A DNA stretch of 64,000 nucleotides from assembly GCA_026985555.1 (NCBI GenBank), contig JALSQF010000010.1, positions 161,163 to 225,162 of the forward strand, in the 5' to 3' direction. Position numbers and translations under genes: made by a program. This DNA is from Candidatus Moraniibacteriota bacterium. GTDB taxonomy: Bacteria > Patescibacteriota > Minisyncoccia > Moranbacterales > UBA9337. The notes below the pieces were generated by a model. That model searched no databases, had not been told where the DNA came from, and was given only the letters and a program-made list of their open reading frames with translations. Positions 49,680 to 60,053 of this stretch are shown piece by piece (position 1 is the stretch's first letter; each line of letters begins with the position of its first letter).

Positions 49680-51006
49680 ATGATTATTTTAATCCCTTTT
49701 CTTCTTTTTTTGTTTTTTATATTTCTTTGGTTGTTTTTCAAAAAAACACCAACTAATGCTAATAGAAAATATCTATTGATTTATAATATTGGCAGTATTT
49801 TTCTGGCTATATTGCTTTCTATTCTTTTTGCCTTTATTCAATACAAAGCAACTTTAAATACTAGGGATTTTGGCTGGGCGCCTTTTATTGCCATAATAAG
49901 TTTAGCTTCTGCGTTTGCATTGGGCCTTTTTATCGCTTTTCTAATCCGCAATTTATTATTTAGCCAGAAAAAGTTAATTAGATATTGTACAATAATATGT
50001 ATCAGTCTTTTCATTGTAATAACCTCTTCTATTTTTAGAGTAGATTTATTTAATCATAAAAACAATTACGGTTTAAAGAAAGAAATAATAAGGTTAGAAA
50101 AAGCGGAAGGGTGGAAACTAGTTTATAGTAATGGAACTAACTTATACAACCTTTCAATAAACGGAAAATCAAGATCTATATTAAATCAAAAATCTAATAA
50201 ATATTCTTCTGAAACACATCCCTCTTTATCACCCGATGGAACCAAAATAGCATTTGTTGCTGATTGTGAAGAAAAAGGGACAATACGAATACAAAGTTGT
50301 GTGATTCTAAGTTCGTTGGACGGTAATTATCAAAAGGAAATTGCAAAAAGCAGTGGCATAAAAAATATTCTTTGGTCTCCTGATGGCAATAAAATAGCTT
50401 TTCTAAATAGCCTATCAGATAAAAAGTGGAGATTCATATTATAAATTTGAAGAATAGTAACATCACAACAGTCACGGAAAAAACAGCCGAATATACAACT
50501 TTTTCTTGGTCTCCCGATAGCAATAAAATCGTTTTTACTTCAAAGGACGAATTTATTTGCACAATAAATATAAAAGAGAATAAGTTTCAAAAAATAACTA
50601 AAGGTGATTATCCTTCCTGGTCTCCTGATAGTCTAATTCTATATAGAAAATATGAAGGCAATAAAGTATCTTGGCCAAAACAACTCAATGGTGGTGAATA
50701 TGAAACTTATTATGCAAAAGGAGGAAAATATTATACTATTAAAACAGACGGAACTAATAAAGAACTTTTTTTGATATTAAAAAAGAATTAAAAAGTATTT
50801 CTGATTTTTTAACCAATCCCACGCAAGCCGATCTAATGATATAGTCACCTGATGGCAAATTTGTCATTTTTACACGCAGTTATGTTAATTTTCCTTCCTA
50901 TGAAGACAGGGTTTATGTCATAGAAGTTAAAATCAAACACATAATTAAAATTGCCACCACGCCTTCAATGATAAAATCTATATCTTGGATAGCAACAAAA
51001 TTATAA
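49680..51006 (+). pseudogene. Membrane-anchored TolB-like/PD40 beta-propeller gene, frameshifted
   Basis: SPDG/WSPD repeats split over ORFs 49680-50444 and 50426-50791 plus a tail reading *SPDGKFVIF (TAG 50842-44). Confidence 0.75.
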
Positions 51007-51065
51007 ATTTTAGAGTATTTGCGAAATAAATATTATAATAATTTAATTACTAATAATAAAAAGTA

Positions 51066-51395
51066 ATGGATAATATAATTATTCCTACATTAATCCTGTT
51101 GATAGCAGTTGTTCTGTATGAAAAAATTTTTCAGCTCTTTTGTCAAAAAAAACAAATAAGCGCTTTCCTAACCACGTTATTTGCTCCACCTATTATAAGT
51201 ATTATTATTAATTATTTTTTCTATTACAAGCACACTTCAAATGTATTAGTCAAACCATGGGTTCTTATTCAATTCGCAATAGGAAATTTTAGTGTTTTTT
51301 GGTATTTAATAAGCCTAGCGACATTCATTTCTGCAGTTATATTTTGTTATTTTAAAGAAAAAATTGAGAAACAAGAAAAAAGAAATAACAAATAG
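51066..51395 (+). CDS. Small membrane protein
   Basis: Three hydrophobic segments. Confidence 0.6.
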   Translation: MDNIIIPTLILLIAVVLYEKIFQLFCQKKQISAFLTTLFAPPIISIIINYFFYYKHTSNVLVKPWVLIQFAIGNFSVFWYLISLATFISAVIFCYFKEKIEKQEKRNNK

Positions 51396-51495
51396 CTTTT
51401 TGATTCTTTAAATTTGACCAAAATTAAGCGTTGCAATTACATTTTAATATTTAAAATTTTTTAAAAAATTAATCATTAACAATATAAAACAATAC

Positions 51496-51849
51496 ATGTA
51501 AATATTCCTTTGCTATCTATTCTAATAGCAATCATTTTATCTCTAATAATTATTTTTCTCGTTTGCCAAAAAAGAAAAAAAGAATGCTTTGCTGACCACA
51601 CTTTCTTTCTGTTTACTCACTTATTCCCTAACTACATTTATTGAATTACCTCGGTGGTATAAAATAATAGATCTAATTAATTTAATAGTAAATGTAATAC
51701 CGAATATGGTTTTATTTATATTGTTAAAATTAAATCTAATAGACACATATTGGTTTTCTACTTCAATTATTTTTATTGTTGAAATAGTATGGTGTTATTT
51801 TTTGGCAAGCTTAATAATAACTGTAAAACAAAAATTTTTTAAATATTAA
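51496..51849 (+). pseudogene. Small membrane protein, degraded probable paralog of 51066-51395
   Basis: VCQKRK/NALLTTL versus FCQKKQISAFLTTL, with a frameshift in an A-run near 51575. Confidence 0.4.
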
Positions 51850-51872
51850 AAAAACAGCTAATAAACAAAAGT

Positions 51873-52169
51873 ATGAAAATAAAAGATTTTTTTAAACCGA
51901 CAAAATGGAAAATTATTATATTTTTGATTTTATTTATCATTATCTACCTAATTCCGTATATTAAAATTGAAATAAATCCAAATATAGTTAGTATGGTAGC
52001 ATCAGGTAGATACTCAATAATTTTTGGATTTATGATTTCATTAGCAAGTATTTTGTCTGGCACATTTATTTTAAATGACATTCTTGTTTTTGCCAGTTTT
52101 ATAGTTTCATTCATTTTTGTTTATATGCTGTCATGTTCAGTGGTTTGTTTGATTCATAAAAAATTTTAA
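51873..52169 (+). CDS. Small membrane protein
   Basis: MKIKDFFKPTKWKII followed by TM segments. Confidence 0.65.
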   Translation: MKIKDFFKPTKWKIIIFLILFIIIYLIPYIKIEINPNIVSMVASGRYSIIFGFMISLASILSGTFILNDILVFASFIVSFIFVYMLSCSVVCLIHKKF

Positions 52170-52544
52170 GATAACAAAACGAAAAAACTATTTTTGTTTC
52201 TATTTCAATTTTATTTTCATATTTGCTGTTTCCTTATAACCATATAATAAAATAAAGAGAAAAAAACAAATACTATAATTTACATATAACTGTTTCCTTA
52301 TATGGTTATAAGAAAACAGTTAGAATTTGTTCATATTTACTAATTACTGTGTCAATTTATAGCACGTATCAATATAATTTTTTTATTATTATTTCAAAAA
52401 GTTTACACTACAATTTTTTATTTAATTTTCTCAGATGAGATTATTAATCCATTTCTCGTTGTCTTTCTTATAGCTAGACATTTTTATTATCATTCTATAC
52501 TATATGTATAATATAATAATAAAAAATTAACTGAAAATACAAAA

Positions 52545-52895
52545 ATGAGTGATTATAAAAAATCAATTCAAAAACCAATAATTGAAGCTATGGGAGGAAT
52601 TCATATTGGCAGAAGCTTTATGAAATCTTTCCAAGCTAGCTGGCCATTTGGTAAAATTGAAGTATATCAAGATTATATCTATGGGAGCTTATAAAAATAT
52701 ACCCAAAGAAATGAAATTAAGCTATAGTGATATTAGTGGTTATAAAGAAAAAGATCTTTGGATTATGGGATAGGTTTAACAATAATTCATACCAATAAAC
52801 AACTGGCTCTTTTTTTGCAAGTTTGGATTTCAAAAAGTAAAGCTAAAAAAATTATAAACTATTTCAAAAGTAAAAATATTTATAAAAAAAATTAG
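52545..52895 (+). pseudogene. Frameshifted small hypothetical gene
   Basis: MSDYKK...GGIHIGRSF...ASWPFGKIEV, continuing in other frames. Confidence 0.45.
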
Positions 52896-52965
52896 TTTTA
52901 GAACTCACATTTTTTTAGATTAAATAAATAAAAAAATAACAAATAATAATTTTAATTTATAAATT

Positions 52966-54030
52966 ATGAAAAAAATTACTTTTCTCGCGCTTTTTTTAGG
53001 AATAATTATTTTGGCTGGTTGCGCATCAAAACCTCAAAATACACCACCTAAAAAACAAGAAGTCGTCAATTGCGATGAAAATTACGAATGTTTATATCAA
53101 CAACTATCTAACAAGCATTCTGCTAAAATGGTTATTACTGAAAAAATAAAATCTCTTTCACTAATTGAAAAAAGCGAAATTAAAGTTCAGCCTCTTAATA
53201 ATCAATACCAAATTGCGTTTCAAATTATTGATTTAAAAAAAATCAAAAAAGATAAACCTCAAACAAAATCAATCGTCGGATCTCTTGCTAAAACTTGTCC
53301 TCAAATTTTAAATAACTTAGATAAAATTAAATCCAAACAAGCTACTTGTGTTACTAATACCGCATTAGAAGCTAAACAACTCGCCCTTGATGGTTTATCT
53401 GATAAATCAATTAAAAAATATAATTGCGCTGGAGATTTAATCAACACTATTAATCAAATTTGTGTTACTTCTAATTCTTCCATCTTTCCTCCCGGTGTAA
53501 AAAAACCAGCTATTTATCTTTATCCAGAAAAAAAATCGCAGATTGAAATTCATTTAAATATAAATGGTTTTATTACTAAGGCTAAACCTAATTATTTATT
53601 GGGATGGAAGGTCTTAGCGCAACCTAACGGATTAATTAACAATAAGTATGATTATTTATTTTATGAAGCTCATTTAAATAAACTTGAACTACCTCAAAAT
53701 GGTTGGATAGTAAAATATTCTGATTTAAATCAATGGTTTGATGAAAACTTGCCTCTTTTGGGATTAAACCAAAAAGAAACTGCTCAATTTAAAGAATATT
53801 GGACTAAACAATTAACCAAGACCAATTATTATGAAATTAAACTTCTTGAAAAAGAATTTTTAGATAAAAATATGAAACTAACTATTAACCCCCAACCAAC
53901 TACTCTCATAAGATTAAACTTTTACTTTAAACCTCTTTCACAAAAAATTAAATTAGAAAAACCACAGATTGAAACTCCACAAAGAAAAGGTTTTACCGCT
54001 GTTGAATGGGGAGGATTGCTAGATAATTAA
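52966..54030 (+). CDS. Lipoprotein with a C-terminal KPxIYLYP...EWGG domain
   Basis: Lipobox LAGC; KPAIYLYPE, YDYLFYE, AVEWGG. Confidence 0.8.
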   Translation: MKKITFLALFLGIIILAGCASKPQNTPPKKQEVVNCDENYECLYQQLSNKHSAKMVITEKIKSLSLIEKSEIKVQPLNNQYQIAFQIIDLKKIKKDKPQTKSIVGSLAKTCPQILNNLDKIKSKQATCVTNTALEAKQLALDGLSDKSIKKYNCAGDLINTINQICVTSNSSIFPPGVKKPAIYLYPEKKSQIEIHLNINGFITKAKPNYLLGWKVLAQPNGLINNKYDYLFYEAHLNKLELPQNGWIVKYSDLNQWFDENLPLLGLNQKETAQFKEYWTKQLTKTNYYEIKLLEKEFLDKNMKLTINPQPTTLIRLNFYFKPLSQKIKLEKPQIETPQRKGFTAVEWGGLLDN

Positions 54031-54205
54031 AAAATCTCAGAAAAATATCTGAATATTTTTCTATATCTTGTTATTTATCTAATTGTTTACTTTATATAAT
54101 ATTATCTTCTATTATTTTTCATTTAAACTCTATTCTTAACGACCACATTAAAGGGGTCATTAAAGGGGTCATTAATAATTTTAAAATATATACTTTCCAA
54201 ATTAA

Positions 54206-54242
54206 AACACGTTATTTTGTTTTAAAAACAAAATAACGTGTT
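54206..54242. repeat. 37-bp near-perfect palindrome
   Basis: aacacgttattttgtttt-a-aaaacaaaataacgtgtt. Confidence 0.75.
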
Positions 54243-54546
54243 CATTTCTCTGATTATTTTTTTCTTAAATCTTCCACTTTAAAAATATTTTGAGATCTAA
54301 GGTAGTTTAAGATCTCAGGAAAACGAGATAAAGTACTTAATTATTTATCTTATAAAAATAAATTTACTTTGTCAACAAAAACAATATAATATAAATAATT
54401 TGAAAAAATTTTATTCATTTAAAAAATTAAGAAAAATTGAAACAAAAAATAATAAAAAAACCACATTCTATTTCTTATTAAATTATTTTACTTGTTTATT
54501 TTGAATATTTTTGATATTTTTAAAAAAATAAATAATTATAAATTAT

Positions 54547-55728
54547 ATGAGTTTTTTAATTATTCGTTATTCAGAAATAGCTTTAAAAGGAAAAAATCGC
54601 CATTGGTTTGAAAAAATTTTAGTAGAAAATATTAAGAAAAAATTAAAAGAAAAAATCTCAGTTGATTTTACAATAGAGAGAATTTCAGGGAGAATTTTTT
54701 TATCAATCACCAGTTTAAAAAATGAAGAAAAAGAAAAAATTAATCAAATCTTACAAAATATTTTCGGTATAACTAATTTTTCTTGGGTAGAAAAAGCTAG
54801 TCTAGATATAGAAAATATTTCTTATCAATGTTGGAAACTAATAAAAAGAAAACGATTTAATACTTTTCGTATAACTACTCAACGATCTAATAAAAAATTT
54901 TTTCTTACTTCGGAAAAAATTAATCAACAAGTGGGTGCTTTCATTTTTCAAAAAATAATTGAGAAAGGAAAAAAACCTCAAGTTCGCTTAAAAAATCCTG
55001 ATTTAGAATGCTTTATAGAAATTAATGACAAAAATTCTTTTGTTTATCTTCAAAAAATAAAAGGAATAAAAGGATTACCCGTGGGTAGCAGTGGAAAAGC
55101 TTTAGCTTTACTTTCTGGCGGCATTGATTCCCCCGTAGCAAGTTATTATGCTTTGAAACGCGGAGTGCATACTGATTATATTCACTTTCACGCTCTCCCC
55201 TACACCAAACCTGACTCCATTCAAAAAGTTATTCAACTAGCCAAAATTCTTTCTAAATTTCAAAATCAAAATAAACTTTTCCTTTTTCCTTTAGGAAAAA
55301 TTCAAAAATACATTGCAGAAAATTCTCCCGAAAAGTTTCGTTTACTTCTCTATCGTCGTCTTATGCATAGAATCACTTCTCAAATAGCACGAGAAAAAAA
55401 ATATTTAGCACTTTATACTGGAGAATCTGTAGGACAAGTAGCTTCTCAAACTTTAGAAAATTTAGCCGTTACTAATCAAGCATCTGATTTAATAATGTTA
55501 CGCCCTTTAATTGGAATGGATAAAGAAGAAATAATTAAAATTGCTCAAAAAATAGGAACTTACGAAATATCTATACTTCCCCATGAAGATCTTTGTTCTC
55601 GTTTCGTTCCTAAACATCCCGCTACTAAAGCTCACTTAAAAACTATTCAAAATATTGAAAATAAATTAAACTTACAAGATCTTATCCAAGAATCTTTAGA
55701 TAAAGTTGAAATTAAAACATTTAATTAG
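54547..55728 (+). CDS. thiI: tRNA 4-thiouridine synthase
   Basis: RYSEIALKGKNR, THUMP domain, LLSGGIDSPVA, GESVGQVASQT. Confidence 0.95.
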   Translation: MSFLIIRYSEIALKGKNRHWFEKILVENIKKKLKEKISVDFTIERISGRIFLSITSLKNEEKEKINQILQNIFGITNFSWVEKASLDIENISYQCWKLIKRKRFNTFRITTQRSNKKFFLTSEKINQQVGAFIFQKIIEKGKKPQVRLKNPDLECFIEINDKNSFVYLQKIKGIKGLPVGSSGKALALLSGGIDSPVASYYALKRGVHTDYIHFHALPYTKPDSIQKVIQLAKILSKFQNQNKLFLFPLGKIQKYIAENSPEKFRLLLYRRLMHRITSQIAREKKYLALYTGESVGQVASQTLENLAVTNQASDLIMLRPLIGMDKEEIIKIAQKIGTYEISILPHEDLCSRFVPKHPATKAHLKTIQNIENKLNLQDLIQESLDKVEIKTFN

Positions 55729-55763
55729 ATTTAATTAGATATTAATTAAGCTTAAATTAAAAA

Positions 55764-55795
55764 AGCCACAATTTAAAATAAAATAAATTGTGGCT
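55764..55795. terminator. Bidirectional terminator
   Basis: agccacaattta...taaattgtggct between convergent genes. Confidence 0.75.
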
Positions 55796-55806
55796 AAATA
55801 AATTAT

Positions 55807-56220
55807 TTATTCATTAGGGCAATGTTTTAATAAAAAACACTGAGGGCAATCCTCATCAGAACATTGATTATTCAGAAATAAAATAATTTTTTGTGTAATT
55901 ATACCTAAAAGAAATTCTATTTTTTTGCGCACTTCCTCATTGGGAAAAGAACCTTTTTCTTTCAAAAAATAATAACGCAAAGGTTCATAAATATTAGCTT
56001 CACTTAATAATTTTGTATTTTTCCAATAGCTTATTTGATTAAATAAACTTACCTGTTTATTTATATTTCTAATAACGAAATCCACATCAATTTCTTTTAA
56101 CATTTTTTCCTTCAAGATTCTTAAGTGAAAATCCAGATCATTTTTATAGGGACATTTTTTGTTCATTTCACATTTTTCACAAAGAATTTCTCCACATTTA
56201 CAAATCAAAATTTTTTCCAT
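55807..56220 (-). CDS. Cys-rich orphan protein with strong SD
   Basis: GTTCTTT...AAGGAGG-N7-ATG; CxC and CxxC motifs at both ends. Confidence 0.7.
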   Translation of the reverse strand: MEKILICKCGEILCEKCEMNKKCPYKNDLDFHLRILKEKMLKEIDVDFVIRNINKQVSLFNQISYWKNTKLLSEANIYEPLRYYFLKEKGSFPNEEVRKKIEFLLGIITQKIILFLNNQCSDEDCPQCFLLKHCPNE

Positions 56221-56395
56221 TTCTTTCCTCCTTGTTGTTTCCTTATGTTTTTAAAACAATTTTATAAAGAACTTTCTATTTTTAATTTTATGATTAATCC
56301 ATCATATATACTTTTATCAATTTAATCAATGTTTTTTAATTATTAATTTTTCTAAAAATTCAGCAACTAAATTCTTTACTTAAATTAAAAAATAA

Positions 56396-56417
56396 AACGG
56401 GATAAAAATATCCCGTT
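56396..56417 (-). terminator. Hairpin terminator
   Basis: aacgggata-aaaa-tatcccgtt with a U-rich tail on the minus strand. Confidence 0.7.
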
Positions 56418-56429
56418 AATTTTCCTGTT

Positions 56430-56687
56430 TTAAAAATTTTTTGAAAAATAACATCCTATTTCTACTGCAATAACAGCTGTCCCTTCTCCCACTGAACAAC
56501 CATTACTCAGAATAAGATGCAATTGCTGTGATTCTTTTATACGAACACATACTCCTTCTATTTTCCCTGCTGTCGCTCCTTTCATTCCTCTTTTTTGAAA
56601 AATTATTTTTTTGCCTACTGGATTATTGATTTCACTAGCAGTTAAATAACAATTGATCATTTCTACTTTTTTTTCCGCAATTCTCAT
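56430..56687 (-). CDS. Orphan hypothetical protein with strong SD
   Basis: GTTCTTT...AAAGGAGGT; immediately 3' of tRNA-Arg(GCG). Confidence 0.65.
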   Translation of the reverse strand: MRIAEKKVEMINCYLTASEINNPVGKKIIFQKRGMKGATAGKIEGVCVRIKESQQLHLILSNGCSVGEGTAVIAVEIGCYFSKNF

Positions 56688-56737
56688 TTAAAAACCTCCT
56701 TTAATTTTTAAATTTAAAAAAGAACTTTTAAAACAAG

Positions 56738-56809
56738 TGCCCTCGTGAGGAATCGAACCTCAATTACAAGTTCCGCAAACTTGCGTCCTATCCGTTGAAC
56801 GACGAGGGC
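56738..56809 (-). tRNA. tRNA-Arg(GCG)
   Basis: CAAGT-TT-GCG-GA-ACTTG; acceptor GCCCTCG/CGAGGGC. Confidence 0.93.
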
Positions 56810-56837
56810 AAAACATTACTAGCGTAAATTATTTTCA

Positions 56838-57362
56838 CTAAATATGCAAGAGTCTTTCTAATACATCAACTAAGCTAGGTTTTTGTTTTTTTTGTGGTAA
56901 AAATTTAACCAATATCTTATGCACATCAACTGGATCAACTTGATGAAGAGGAAAATGAACGTAAGGAATAAAACGATTTTTCATTTTTAGACTAATAATT
57001 CTTCTATGCGGAGGATCATAAAAAATCCAAAATGATTCAGCTTCCTCAAAAAGATACAACTCATTACCTGCCACTATGCCACTTGGAGTAATACGAAAAT
57101 TTAATATTCTAGGTGGTTTTTCTAAATAAATATAACCCACCATACCAATCAAAATAAAAACTATAGCCATCAAAGGACTATCATTCCAAACAGCATAAAA
57201 CACTATTAAAGATAACAAAATAGAAGCTATTAAATACCAGCGATAATCTTTAGCATAATTTTCATATTCTGGACCTTGCCAATGCAATAAAGTTTTTGCG
57301 CCTTTCTTTTTTAAATTTAAACGATAAATTTCTTTTTCGTCAATTTCTTTTTCTTTATTCAT
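56838..57362 (-). CDS. Two-TM hypothetical protein with a possible PH-like domain
   Basis: WQGPEY...WY, two TMs, SFWIFYDPP, ERLLHI. Confidence 0.7.
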   Translation of the reverse strand: MNKEKEIDEKEIYRLNLKKKGAKTLLHWQGPEYENYAKDYRWYLIASILLSLIVFYAVWNDSPLMAIVFILIGMVGYIYLEKPPRILNFRITPSGIVAGNELYLFEEAESFWIFYDPPHRRIISLKMKNRFIPYVHFPLHQVDPVDVHKILVKFLPQKKQKPSLVDVLERLLHI

Positions 57363-57516
57363 TGTCTTTAATTTTTATCTTTAAAATATTTTTTTATAAA
57401 GAGTAATAAATATATGATAACATATTTGTTATATTCTACAAAATTTTATTTCAATCAGTTTTTAGCTAGACATTTTATATTCTTTTTGTTAGAGTAATAA
57501 AAGTTTATAAATATTA

Positions 57517-57606
57517 GGAAGCGTGCCTGAGTGGTTGAAAGGGCTTGCTTGGAGAGCAAGTGAGTCGGCAACGGCTCCGGGGGTTCGAATCCCTCCGCTT
57601 CCGCCA
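57517..57606 (+). tRNA. tRNA-Ser(GGA)
   Basis: CTTGC-TT-GGA-GA-GCAAG, long variable arm, encoded CCA. Confidence 0.95.
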
Positions 57607-57812
57607 ATTTATAATTTTTGCATTTTTAAATAAATTAAGAATCTTTTTTTCTCTGGTTAAGAGAAAACTGAAACAGAAAAATTTTCTCTACATTTTTTAA
57701 TCGCGTACCTTAAAAATTTTTCTTTATTTGTTTTGTTAAATAAAATTTTTAAATTTTAATTTATAAGAGTAAATTATTTAAATAAAATAAAGAAAAAATT
57801 ATTTTTTATAAA

Positions 57813-58814
57813 CTATCTGCAAGAAATTCTCCAACTTTTTAAATCTTCTTTTTTCTTTAACCAACTAAACCTCATCTGATTAGCTTTTTTACAGAACTTT
57901 TTAGAATTACCACTATACTCTACTCCAAAAACAGCTTTATTTTTTTGTATAAACGGAATCAACTTATTACATTCTTTATATTCAAAACATTGTTCGTTAA
58001 TAGCAAAATCAAAATAATTTACTAAATCATTAACTTGTTCTAAATCATTTTTTAATCCAATAGCTAGTCCCTTTTTATGCGCTTCTTGAGACAACCAACG
58101 ATTATAATGCAGTTGATCATTATAATTTAAAGAAAATCCTGTTTTATTATCATAACCATCAACATTATCCGGCTCTACCGCATCACAATGCTTTTTCTTA
58201 GCTAAATCCAATCTTTCAATTATTACATTAGATAACAAATTTATTTTCCTAATATCTAGCCAGCGTTCCCCTGCCCAACCATCCATTTTCTTACCTAAAA
58301 CATTTTGAGAGAATTTATTTTTATCTGGTCTCCAGTTTTCATAGCTACCAGCGCTAAAATAACAAATAACTTTTTTACCTTGTTGATGTAATGCTTTAAT
58401 AACTTGAGCTGAATTGTCAAAAAGATCTATATCAAAAACTTGAGCAGAAACACTAATATCTAATTTTCCATCCAGTTGCCATTGCCAACTAAGTCCTGGT
58501 TTAGGGTGCCACCAAGTCGTTTCTACTGATTTTTTCTTTTCTTCTCTGTTGTTTGTATTCTGTTCTTTCTTTATATCTTTATTATTTTCAGTTTTTACTT
58601 CCTTTTCTGTTTGTTTGTTCTTCTCTGCTAAATTCTTACCTTCTTGTCTTAAACTATCTGTATTATTTTCATTTTTTGTTTTTTCTTCTTTTTTTGATTG
58701 TATTTGACTTGATTTATGAGGATCATAATCTAGTTTATAATATTTTTTAAACCATAAAACAGAAATGATTAAAAAAAACGCAAACAAAAAAACTATTACT
58801 TTTGATTTCTTCAT
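57813..58814 (-). CDS. Endo-alpha-1,4-polygalactosaminidase (GH114)
   Basis: WQWQL, DIDLFD, ICYFSAGSYENWRPD, AVEPDNVDGY, GLKND, NEQC. Confidence 0.9.
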   Translation of the reverse strand: MKKSKVIVFLFAFFLIISVLWFKKYYKLDYDPHKSSQIQSKKEEKTKNENNTDSLRQEGKNLAEKNKQTEKEVKTENNKDIKKEQNTNNREEKKKSVETTWWHPKPGLSWQWQLDGKLDISVSAQVFDIDLFDNSAQVIKALHQQGKKVICYFSAGSYENWRPDKNKFSQNVLGKKMDGWAGERWLDIRKINLLSNVIIERLDLAKKKHCDAVEPDNVDGYDNKTGFSLNYNDQLHYNRWLSQEAHKKGLAIGLKNDLEQVNDLVNYFDFAINEQCFEYKECNKLIPFIQKNKAVFGVEYSGNSKKFCKKANQMRFSWLKKKEDLKSWRISCR

Positions 58815-58999
58815 ATTAATTTTTTATTTTAATTTAATTATGCTATAAAGAATATTTATATAAAAAACCAAAAAATCTTCTTTTGCAATAATGATTTTAT
58901 TTTATAACAAAGAATAAAAATTTACAAAACTTATAAACCTTCTACAAATATTTTTATAATAAAAAAACTGCTTCATCTTAAGCAGTTTAAAAAATAATG

Positions 59000-59073
59000 C
59001 GGGGACGAAGGGACTCGAACCCTCGGCCTTCTGCGTGACAGGCAGACGCTCTAACCAGCTGAGCTACGCCCCC
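59000..59073 (-). tRNA. tRNA-Asp(GUC)
   Basis: TCTGC-CT-GTC-AC-GCAGA. Confidence 0.95.
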
Positions 59074-59102
59074 AGTAAAAAAACATAAAAAAACAAAAAC
59101 CG

Positions 59103-59174
59103 TGCCGAGAGGCAGAATCGAACTGCCGACACAAGGATTTTCAGTCCTTTGCTCTACCACTGAGCTACCTCGGC
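59103..59174 (-). tRNA. tRNA-Phe(GAA)
   Basis: AAGGA-CT-GAA-AA-TCCTT. Confidence 0.95.
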
Positions 59175-59199
59175 TTATTATTTTTCATCAAAAAACTTG

Positions 59200-59273
59200 T
59201 TGCGGGGGTGGGATTTGAACCCACGACCTGGTGGTTATGAGCCACCCGAGCTGCCAGACTGCTCCACCCCGCG
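59200..59273 (-). tRNA. Initiator tRNA-fMet(CAU)
   Basis: C1:A72 mismatch, CGCGGGG start; GGTGG-CT-CAT-AA-CCACC. Confidence 0.92.
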
Positions 59274-59329
59274 ATATTAAACAAACTACTGTTATAGTAG
59301 TTTGTTTTAAAATAAAAGTCAATAATTTT

Positions 59330-59722
59330 TTATAACTCTGTTTGCCAGAGACCATGTTTATTACAATAAATTCTTACAAGAGCATTTTCTTCTCTACAAA
59401 CAAAATTAACCACGGGATCCATTCCTGGTTTTAAATATTTACGATGCAAGGTATTACCAGAAATTACTTCTACCCATTCAATGAAATGATCCTCTTCCAT
59501 AGGATGCCACTGACTTCCAATTTCAATTTTTAATATATCTCCTTCTTTTGTAACCACAGGCAAATGTTTTTCCTTGCCTTCTTGAGCTTCTTCTTGAAAA
59601 GCTTTTTTTAAAACCATTGGCTCTCCACAACAAATTAATTCTCCTCCTCCAACATTAGTTACTTCTACTTGATTTCCACAAATTTCACATTGATAAATTT
59701 CATTTTTAGTTTGAGTATTCAT
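59330..59722 (-). CDS. dfx: Desulfoferrodoxin (superoxide reductase)
   Basis: CEICGN...CCGEPM, EKHLP, HPMEEDHFIEW, YCNKHGLW. Confidence 0.93.
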   Translation of the reverse strand: MNTQTKNEIYQCEICGNQVEVTNVGGGELICCGEPMVLKKAFQEEAQEGKEKHLPVVTKEGDILKIEIGSQWHPMEEDHFIEWVEVISGNTLHRKYLKPGMDPVVNFVCREENALVRIYCNKHGLWQTEL

Positions 59723-60053
59723 AATTTTATTTTTAATTAGTTACAAAAAATATTATAACATATTTAAATAATTTTGTTAACTAGTTGTATATGTAAACGA
59801 TTTATAAATATTCCTATGAAATTAAATTTTAACTAGATTCACTAAAACTCAACTTTTATAAAATCTAAAAAATTAGACTTAGGAAATTTTCCTTTTCAAA
59901 TAGTTTTTTAGCTTGCTCTTTATTTTTAAAGATATATGTAAAATATTTATTGATTATGCAAATCAACAAAATAATACTAATATTTATTTGCCAAATAAAT
60001 ATTTTTCTAGTAAAGTTGAAATTAATAACTATTCTAATAAAAACTATTAAAAA

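Noticed and set aside
54146..54174. 12-bp tandem duplication cattaaaggggt
   Set aside because: Only about 2.4 copies with no associated element; likely slippage.
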